From NCBI GenBank assembly GCA_963611165.1, contig CAVDQG010000003.1, positions 17,827 to 81,826 of the forward strand: DNA of 64,000 bases, read 5' to 3'. Each line of letters starts with the position of its first letter. Positions within the stretch are counted from its first letter, which is position 1. The notes beneath the pieces are model-generated. The model searched no databases. It was not told the origin of the DNA and saw nothing but the letters and a program-made list of their open reading frames with translations. This document shows, piece after piece, positions 1-6,227 of this stretch. The DNA is from Bacteroides uniformis. Its GTDB lineage: Bacteria > Bacillota > Clostridia > Oscillospirales > Acutalibacteraceae. Position numbers and translations under genes: made by a program.

Positions 1-1
1 C

Positions 2-133
2 AGATTTGACACTGACGATGTTGTTGTGGCAAGCGGCAGCTGTTCGGGTAACTGCTCGGATGTATGCGAAGGCGTCTGCGAAAGGGTTTGCGAGCCTAAG
101 TGCATGCCAAACTGCAATCCATACGTACTGTAA
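2..133 (+). CDS. 5'-truncated small Cys-rich precursor-like peptide, class A (...RFDTDDVVVASGSCSGNCSDVCEGVCERVCEPKCMPNCNPYVL*)
   Basis: My own frame-2 translation runs open from the window edge to TAA at 131-133. It shares the RFDT(D/E)DVVVAS motif with the next gene. It has seven Cys at exact i,i+4 spacing. Confidence 0.55.
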   Translation, partial: RFDTDDVVVASGSCSGNCSDVCEGVCERVCEPKCMPNCNPYVL

Positions 134-152
134 TGTTGAGGGGTGAAGGTAA

Positions 153-314
153 ATGAAAAAGTTAGTAAAACCCAATATGGAGATAGTCAGATTTGACACA
201 GAAGATGTTGTAGTGGCAAGTGACGGATGCTATGGCTATTGCAAATCTGTTTGTCCGTCAGAATGTCACTCTGTTTGTGATTTAAAGTGCAATTCAGTAA
301 CAACAGAAGGCTGA
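153..314 (+). CDS. 53-aa Cys-rich precursor-like peptide, class A (MKKLVKPNMEIVRFDTEDVVVASDGCYGYCKSVCPSECHSVCDLKCNSVTTEG)
   Basis: ATG at 153 follows a purine-rich SD (gaggggtgaagg); stop TGA at 312-314. It is below the ORF-track length cutoff. It is a paralogue of the truncated upstream peptide and has six Cys at i,i+4 spacing. Confidence 0.6.
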   Translation: MKKLVKPNMEIVRFDTEDVVVASDGCYGYCKSVCPSECHSVCDLKCNSVTTEG

Positions 315-427
315 TTGAATCAATAAATTGAAAATTTAATAAAATCAGTTTTGTAAAGCAATTTTAGGTTTATTTTTTACAGAAGCGAGAGATTGAAAAA
401 GCAAAAGCCGAAAGTGAGGATAAACGA

Positions 428-574
428 ATGAAAAAGGTTTACAAAACACCCGTGGTCGATAAGGTTAATTTCGACTACAAGAATCAGGTAGTTGCATCAG
501 GATGCACAAGACAGTGGGGATATCAGGGCGATAATTGCCACGACCATTCCACAGTATACGACAACCTTTCTTGA
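428..574 (+). CDS. 48-aa precursor-like peptide, class B (MKKVYKTPVVDKVNFDYKNQVVASG|CTRQWGYQGDNCHDHSTVYDNLS)
   Basis: ATG at 428 with SD agtgagga 7 nt upstream; TGA at 572-574. The 25-aa N-terminus is conserved with the three following genes and the C-terminus is variable. Confidence 0.65.
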   Translation: MKKVYKTPVVDKVNFDYKNQVVASGCTRQWGYQGDNCHDHSTVYDNLS

Positions 575-591
575 TTTGGGGGTGTATCGAT

Positions 592-741
592 ATGAAAAAA
601 GTCTATGAAACACCTCTGGTAGAAAAGGTTGATTTTGATTACAAAAATCAGGTCGTAGCTTCGGGCGGTGGCTGTTATTACAGAAATATCGGAGACGAGT
701 CTTGTGTAAGCGGCGGCGAGTTTATTCTGCAGAACTCCTGA
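592..741 (+). CDS. 49-aa precursor-like peptide, class B (MKKVYETPLVEKVDFDYKNQVVASG|GGCYYRNIGDESCVSGGEFILQNS)
   Basis: This is the internal Met of track ORF 535..741. Start at 592 is chosen by homology to its paralogues and by the G-rich SD (ttggggg) upstream. Confidence 0.65.
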   Translation: MKKVYETPLVEKVDFDYKNQVVASGGGCYYRNIGDESCVSGGEFILQNS

Positions 742-784
742 TTTGTAAGCAAAAACAAAATTCGAAAGAAGTGAGGACAAACAT

Positions 785-943
785 ATGAAAAAAATCTATG
801 AAACACCTGCAGTTGAAAAAGTTAATTTTGACTACAAGAATCAGGTAGTTGCTTCGGGTACTTGCGGTACCGTTTATGGTTGGAGAACACCTACAACGGA
901 GACAACATGCCATGAACAGCATTATAGTGAGAATCAGGTTTGA
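785..943 (+). CDS. 52-aa precursor-like peptide, class B (MKKIYETPAVEKVNFDYKNQVVASG|TCGTVYGWRTPTTETTCHEQHYSENQV)
   Basis: ATG at 785 with SD agtgagga; TGA at 941-943. The leader is conserved and the core is variable with two Cys. Confidence 0.65.
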   Translation: MKKIYETPAVEKVNFDYKNQVVASGTCGTVYGWRTPTTETTCHEQHYSENQV

Positions 944-958
944 TTGGAGGAAGAAAAA

Positions 959-1120
959 ATGAGAAAGCTGTATACTACACCTTCAGTTGAGAAGATAGAG
1001 TTTGATTATAATAATCAGGTAGTTGCGTCAGGTTGTAGCTATGTTTATAACAATTACGACCCGGCTTCAGGAGGAAGCTGTGTTGTAGATCCAGTACACT
1101 CTCGAACATACAAAGTTTAA
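959..1120 (+). CDS. 53-aa precursor-like peptide, class B (MRKLYTTPSVEKIEFDYNNQVVASG|CSYVYNNYDPASGGSCVVDPVHSRTYKV)
   Basis: ATG at 959 with SD ttggaggaag; TAA at 1118-1120. The leader is conserved and the core is variable with two Cys. Confidence 0.65.
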   Translation: MRKLYTTPSVEKIEFDYNNQVVASGCSYVYNNYDPASGGSCVVDPVHSRTYKV

Positions 1121-1136
1121 GCAACGATAATTAAAA

Positions 1137-1166
1137 GGCAGAGGCCTGTTTGGCTCTGCCTTTTTT
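1137..1166 (+). terminator. Rho-independent terminator/attenuator after the peptide gene array
   Basis: Hairpin ggcagaggcc-tgtt-tggctctgcc followed by TTTTTT, located between the last peptide gene and the kinase-like gene. Confidence 0.6.
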
Positions 1167-1208
1167 CGGTAATTGATGTAAAAAAGAAAAACAACACAAA
1201 AGATAGAG

Positions 1209-2336
1209 ATGAAATATTTACTTCCGGGCGTAATTCTTGATTCAGAATTAAAATTGGAGGAATTTTCGGATTTTGAAGCCGAGAATCCCTCTTCTTTTGC
1301 TGTCCCAGAGATAAGCTTAAAGGTGACGGAAGAAGAGCCCACCCCCGAGGTGAAAAGAGCTTACGCTCACGCTCAGATAAACATAAGCGAAATCGAGGGC
1401 GGCTGGCTTTTTTCGGACACGACTGGCGGAGCTAAGCTTCTCGTTTCTGAGGACTACCGAATGCTCACCGCATGGGTGAGGGGCGAAAGAAACATGGAGG
1501 CGCTAAAGACCAATCTTCTTCGCACCGCACTCGAGTGCGCAAGCGTGGCAAACGGCATAGTCAGCTTTCACTCGGCTTGCGTTGAGGCGGACGGCTTTGC
1601 CGTGGCTTTCACGGGCAAGAGCGGAACGGGAAAATCCACCCGTGCAAACGCATGGATAGAGAATCTCGGCTACAGCTTTGTCAGCGGCGACAGACCCGCT
1701 ATTTTCAGCGAAAACGGCGTTCTTACCGTCAGCGGAGTTCCGTGGGACGGCAAGGAGAAGATTTTCAGAAATGTGCGTCTTCCCCTCAAGGCTATTTTGG
1801 ACGTTCACAGAAGCGACAACGAGTTTTTTGAATTAAGAGAGCTCACGCAAAAACAGAAATTCAGAGTGCTCATGCAGCAGGCATTCATTCCGATGTGGGA
1901 CACAAAGACCGCAAGCGGAGTGATAGGCATGCTCCATGTGCTTTCAAGAAAAGCACCGATGCTTCGCCTTTTCTGCGGCCCCGACGGGGAATCCGCAAAG
2001 AAGACGCACGATGTTTTATTTAATCATCCCGAACTAATAAAGGAGGCAAGACCCGAGATGAAGGTTAAGGAAGGATTCACTCTCCGCAATGTTATCGGAG
2101 AGAACATTTTGATGCCGACAGGCGACAACATAGGCAAATTTGACGGAACTGTTATTTTCAACGAAGTTTCTGCATTCGTATGGGAGAAGATGCAGACTCC
2201 TGTTTCAAGAGAGGATCTTCTCGGAGCGATTTTAGGTGAATTTGAGGTTGATAAGGAGACGGCAGAGAAGGATCTCGACGCTCTGCTCGAGAAGCTCTCA
2301 AGTCTCGGACTTATCGACGAAAACGCAACAGACTGA
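1209..2336 (+). CDS. HPr-kinase-like P-loop protein fused to a C-terminal PqqD/RRE-like peptide-binding domain (putative peptide kinase)
   Basis: 375-aa ORF. Its central part (FHSACVEADGFAVAFTGKSGTGKSTRANAW...FVSGDRP) resembles the HprK C-terminal/HprK-related kinase P-loop. The last ~90 aa (FTLRNVIGENILMP...FNEVSAFVWEKMQTPVSREDLLGAILGEFEVDKETAEKDLDALLEKLSSLGLID) match the PqqD-family pattern. Both calls rest on motif recognition only. Confidence 0.6.
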   Translation: MKYLLPGVILDSELKLEEFSDFEAENPSSFAVPEISLKVTEEEPTPEVKRAYAHAQINISEIEGGWLFSDTTGGAKLLVSEDYRMLTAWVRGERNMEALKTNLLRTALECASVANGIVSFHSACVEADGFAVAFTGKSGTGKSTRANAWIENLGYSFVSGDRPAIFSENGVLTVSGVPWDGKEKIFRNVRLPLKAILDVHRSDNEFFELRELTQKQKFRVLMQQAFIPMWDTKTASGVIGMLHVLSRKAPMLRLFCGPDGESAKKTHDVLFNHPELIKEARPEMKVKEGFTLRNVIGENILMPTGDNIGKFDGTVIFNEVSAFVWEKMQTPVSREDLLGAILGEFEVDKETAEKDLDALLEKLSSLGLIDENATD

Positions 2337-2355
2337 TATTTAATAAAGGATAAAC

Positions 2356-4104
2356 ATGCTTACATTACTTAAAGCAAGTTATAAGGAAGATAAGCGTGGC
2401 TTTATCGAGATTTTCATACTGAACATAATCTCGTCTTTAATGGGCGGCATAAGCATAGTCGTGCTCTTGCCGATGCTCGAGCTTTTGGAGGATGTTCCCT
2501 CTTCGCTTGAGGGCAGTGTGGTGGAGGCGGCTGTCAGCACCATGTCACCCTTGATGAGAGTTATTGTTTTGGCTGGCGGCTATTTGTTTTTATTGACGGT
2601 TAAGGCTCTCCTTAGCCGTCAAATGTCGCTAAGGCAAAATGCTTACCTTTGCCGCTACACGCAAAGGCAGAGACAAACTCTCTATGAGCTTATGGAGAAA
2701 TCAAGCTGGCAGTACCTCGCAAAGCAGAAGAGAACGGATCTCATCAATCTTTTCACCTCGCTTTGCGGTCAGGTGACGAGCGGAATTTCCTCTTCAATCG
2801 GTATGCTCTCGAATATCGTCATAGCTATAGTTCAGCTTATAATTGCACTTTGTATGAGCGTGCCCATCACGCTGTTTGTTTGCGTGGCGGGTGCTGTTTT
2901 GATGGCGGTTTTCTGGCCGCTAAAAAAGAAAAGCAAGGCTTTCGGCAAGGAAATGATTGATGTCAGCCGAAATTTCTACTCGGAGCTTCTGAATCAGCTC
3001 GGCAGCGTCAAGGAGATAAGAGCCTATGATGTCGAGAGTGAACATGAGGAGAGGTTCACCAAGATAAACGAGAAGTTTACCACCATGCAGACCGAGTATG
3101 CCAAAGTGAGCTCGCTTCCGGGACTTGTCTATAACATTGCGGCGGCACTTGTTATCGCACTTCTCTTTGTGTTTTCCACAATGGGCATTCACATTGAGAC
3201 GGCAAGACTTTTGGTTCTCGTTCTCGTTTTCTCAAGATTGTGGCCGATTTTCTCAGGCTTTCAGGGAACGGTGCAGAGCATTCAGACGAATCTCCCGGCG
3301 CTCGAAGACCTCGAAAAAGCCATGAGGGAAATGCGTGAGGCAAGAGAAGAACCCGACGACGGCAGAACTCTCGACTTCAAGGAGAATGTCACATTTGACG
3401 GCGTTCATTTCTCGTATTTCGATGACGGCAAGGATGTTCTCGGCAACATGAGCTTCGAGATAAAATTCGGCGAAATAGTCGCTCTTTGCGGCAGAAGCGG
3501 AGCAGGCAAGAGCACCGTGGCTAATCTTCTCATGGGATTTTTGAATCCCACATCGGGAAGCATAAGCGTGGATGGAAATGTTCTCACGGGCAAGGACTTG
3601 CACGCTTGGCGAAGAGTTATCGGCTATGTTCCGCAGGATCCGCTTGTATTAAACGCATCCGTGCGAGAGAATCTCTCACGTTTCCACCCGAACGTCACCG
3701 AGGAAGAGATGATAGACGCACTCAAGCGTGCTCAGGCTTGGGGATTTGTCGAAAAGCTTAATGACGGACTTGATACGCTTCTCGGCGATCAGGGAGTCAG
3801 ACTTTCGGGCGGCGAAAGACAGAGAATAATTCTCGCAAGGGTTCTTCTGGGAAAACCGAGGTTCATAATTCTTGACGAGGCGACCAGCGCACTTGATTAT
3901 GACAGCGAAATTTCCATAAGAAATGTGCTGTACGAGCTAAAAGGTGAGGTTAGTGTATTGATTATTGCCCACCGACTTGCTACAATAAGGATTGCGGACA
4001 AAGCGCTTGTTCTTGAGAACGGTTCAATCAGCGAGACGGGCACGATAGCCGAGCTTATCAAAAAGCCGGGCGGCTATCTCAACTGTATGGCTGATCTCGG
4101 ATGA
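2356..4104 (+). CDS. ABC exporter, fused permease/ATPase, with no N-terminal C39 peptidase domain
   Basis: 582 aa. It has N-terminal TM helices, Walker A GRSGAGKST, signature LSGGERQR, Walker B IILDEATSALD and H-loop IAHRL. Confidence 0.85.
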   Translation: MLTLLKASYKEDKRGFIEIFILNIISSLMGGISIVVLLPMLELLEDVPSSLEGSVVEAAVSTMSPLMRVIVLAGGYLFLLTVKALLSRQMSLRQNAYLCRYTQRQRQTLYELMEKSSWQYLAKQKRTDLINLFTSLCGQVTSGISSSIGMLSNIVIAIVQLIIALCMSVPITLFVCVAGAVLMAVFWPLKKKSKAFGKEMIDVSRNFYSELLNQLGSVKEIRAYDVESEHEERFTKINEKFTTMQTEYAKVSSLPGLVYNIAAALVIALLFVFSTMGIHIETARLLVLVLVFSRLWPIFSGFQGTVQSIQTNLPALEDLEKAMREMREAREEPDDGRTLDFKENVTFDGVHFSYFDDGKDVLGNMSFEIKFGEIVALCGRSGAGKSTVANLLMGFLNPTSGSISVDGNVLTGKDLHAWRRVIGYVPQDPLVLNASVRENLSRFHPNVTEEEMIDALKRAQAWGFVEKLNDGLDTLLGDQGVRLSGGERQRIILARVLLGKPRFIILDEATSALDYDSEISIRNVLYELKGEVSVLIIAHRLATIRIADKALVLENGSISETGTIAELIKKPGGYLNCMADLG

Positions 4105-4156
4105 GGCTCTGCCGTAATTAACAGCAAAACTGCTGTATAGAGGGGTATTTTATACA

Positions 4157-6130
4157 ATGGCAAAAACTAATGAAAGACGCCGAATTTTGCACTGGCAGAT
4201 GGTCAGTGCGATTCTGGTGGCTTACGATCTGGTTGCGGTGGTTTTTTCTTACTTTATCGCACTTTTGGTACGATTTGACTGCAGGTTCTCGCTCATACCG
4301 AGAGATTATCTCGAAGGCTACTATAAAAGTATAATCGTCTATGCGATTATCGTGGCTGTGGTGTTCCAGTGCTTCAGGCTCTATCAATCGATTTGGCGGT
4401 TTGCGAGCTTCGTGGAGCTGTGCCGACTTCTGCTGGCGACGGTGATAACCTCGGTTATCTATGTTTTGTTCGAGACGATATGCATTCAGAGGATGCCTGT
4501 TTCGTACTTCATTTTCGGAATCATTGTTCAGCTTACACTCACCGTTGGCGTGAGATTTTCTTACCGCTTCATTCTTCTTCTTCGTGAGAGAAATTATTTC
4601 GGCACGGACAAGACTAAGCCCGAGGAATCGAAAGTTATGCTTATCGGTGCGGGACAGGCGGGTCAGGCAATTATCCGTGACGTAAGAAGAAGCACTTCAC
4701 TCAATGACAAAATCGTCTGCATCATTGACGACAACTCAAACAAATGGAGCCGCTTTATCGACGGTATTCCCGTTGTCGGCGGCAGAGAGAGTATAGTCGA
4801 GAACTGCAAGAAATTCGGCATTGATAAAATCTACTATGCTATTCCGAGTGCGAACATGAAGACCGAGAAGGAAATTCTCGAGATATGCAGTGAAACGGGA
4901 TGCAAGATGAAGAAGCTTCCCGGTATGTTCCAGCTTATCAGCGATCAGGTCACCATTGCCGACATGAAGGACGTTCAGATTGAAGACCTTCTCGGCAGAG
5001 AACCGATTAAGGTTGATATGAACGAGATTTTCTCTTATATTCGTGACAAGGTTATACTCGTCACGGGCGGCGGCGGATCTATCGGCTCTGAACTTTGCAG
5101 ACAGATTGCCGCACATGAGCCGAAAATGCTCATCATATTCGATATTTACGAGAACAATGCCTATTCAATTCAGCTTGAACTCAAGAGAAAATATCCTAAC
5201 TTAAAGCTTGAGACGATAATCGGCTCGGTTCGTGACGGAAAAAAGCTTCTTGACCTCATGGAGAAATATCATCCGCAGATTATCTATCATGCGGCTGCTC
5301 ACAAGCATGTTCCGCTTATGGAGGATTCTCCGTGCGAGTCAATCAAGAATAACGTAATGGGCACATACAACACTGCCCTTTGTGCGGCTTTGACGGGTTG
5401 CGAGAGATTTGTCCTTATAAGCACCGACAAGGCGGTAAATCCCACCAACATCATGGGCGCAAGCAAGCGTCTTTGCGAAATGGTTGTTCAGTCCTTTGAC
5501 GCACTTGTCAAGACCGGAAAAGCCGACAAACTTCTTCCTACGTTCTTAAGCTGGGCACACACCGAGGATAACGAAGGTCTTGCCGAGAGGCTAAAGAGCG
5601 CAAAGGTAGAGTATGTTGCCGTTAGATTTGGTAATGTTCTTGGCAGTAACGGCTCCGTCATTCCGCTTTTCAAAAGGCAGATTGAGCTTGGCGGCCCCGT
5701 AACGGTCACTCATCCGAACATCATCCGCTACTTTATGACTATCCCCGAAGCGGTTTCACTCGTTCTTCAGGCGGGAACATATGCAAACGGCGGAGAAATT
5801 TTTGTTCTCGATATGGGCGAGCCCGTCAAGATAGATACCCTTGCGAGAAACCTCATCAGACTTTCGGGTCACGAGCCTGACGGCGATATTAAAATCGTTT
5901 ACACGGGACTGCGACCGGGCGAAAAGCTTTTCGAGGAGAAGCTTATGGCTGAAGAGGGCTTGAAGAAAACCAAGAACAAACTTATTCACATCGGTTGTCC
6001 GATTCCTTTTGATACCGATGAGTTTGTCGTACAGTTGGATTCTTTAAGCCGTGCGGCTTACGATAATGCCGAGAATATAAGAGAGCTTGTCGAGGAAATT
6101 GTCACGACCTACAAGCCCGAGAATATTTAG
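4157..6130 (+). CDS. Membrane-anchored polysaccharide biosynthesis protein, CapD/PglF/WbpM-like NDP-sugar 4,6-dehydratase
   Basis: 657 aa. It has N-terminal TM helices, two Rossmann motifs (IGAGQAGQ, VTGGGGSIGSEL) and SDR-type motifs (STDKAV...PTNIMGASKR). Confidence 0.8.
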   Translation: MAKTNERRRILHWQMVSAILVAYDLVAVVFSYFIALLVRFDCRFSLIPRDYLEGYYKSIIVYAIIVAVVFQCFRLYQSIWRFASFVELCRLLLATVITSVIYVLFETICIQRMPVSYFIFGIIVQLTLTVGVRFSYRFILLLRERNYFGTDKTKPEESKVMLIGAGQAGQAIIRDVRRSTSLNDKIVCIIDDNSNKWSRFIDGIPVVGGRESIVENCKKFGIDKIYYAIPSANMKTEKEILEICSETGCKMKKLPGMFQLISDQVTIADMKDVQIEDLLGREPIKVDMNEIFSYIRDKVILVTGGGGSIGSELCRQIAAHEPKMLIIFDIYENNAYSIQLELKRKYPNLKLETIIGSVRDGKKLLDLMEKYHPQIIYHAAAHKHVPLMEDSPCESIKNNVMGTYNTALCAALTGCERFVLISTDKAVNPTNIMGASKRLCEMVVQSFDALVKTGKADKLLPTFLSWAHTEDNEGLAERLKSAKVEYVAVRFGNVLGSNGSVIPLFKRQIELGGPVTVTHPNIIRYFMTIPEAVSLVLQAGTYANGGEIFVLDMGEPVKIDTLARNLIRLSGHEPDGDIKIVYTGLRPGEKLFEEKLMAEEGLKKTKNKLIHIGCPIPFDTDEFVVQLDSLSRAAYDNAENIRELVEEIVTTYKPENI

Positions 6131-6154
6131 TGGCAAAAAGAGAAAGAGATTGAA

Positions 6155-6196
6155 AAAGTGCAGAGGGTACACGCTTAGGTGACTTCTGCACTTATT
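6155..6196 (+). terminator. Hairpin terminator after the capD-like gene
   Basis: agtgcaga...tctgcact stem followed by tatttt. Confidence 0.4.
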
Positions 6197-6227
6197 TTGA
6201 AATTTGAGAATTTGTGAGAATGAGAAA

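Noticed and set aside
535-741. The 68-aa ORF as listed in the track (MPRPFHSIRQ...).
   Set aside because: The first 19 codons overlap the end of the preceding peptide gene and have no SD. The internal Met at 592 reproduces the conserved MKKVYETP leader.
428-1120. Lasso-peptide interpretation of the class B peptides. It was prompted by the HprK-like kinase, PqqD domain and ABC exporter, as in paeninodin-type clusters.
   Set aside because: No consistent Asp/Glu falls at core positions 7-9 relative to a plausible Gly/Cys start across the four cores. No lasso cyclase or B2 protease is visible in the window. An upstream cyclase cannot be excluded, so this is only a soft rejection.
1-1120. Short regularly spaced repeats that could be mistaken for a CRISPR-like or tandem-repeat array.
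   Set aside because: The repeated units are translated leader regions of separate SD-preceded ORFs and vary at synonymous positions. They are not identical direct repeats with spacers.
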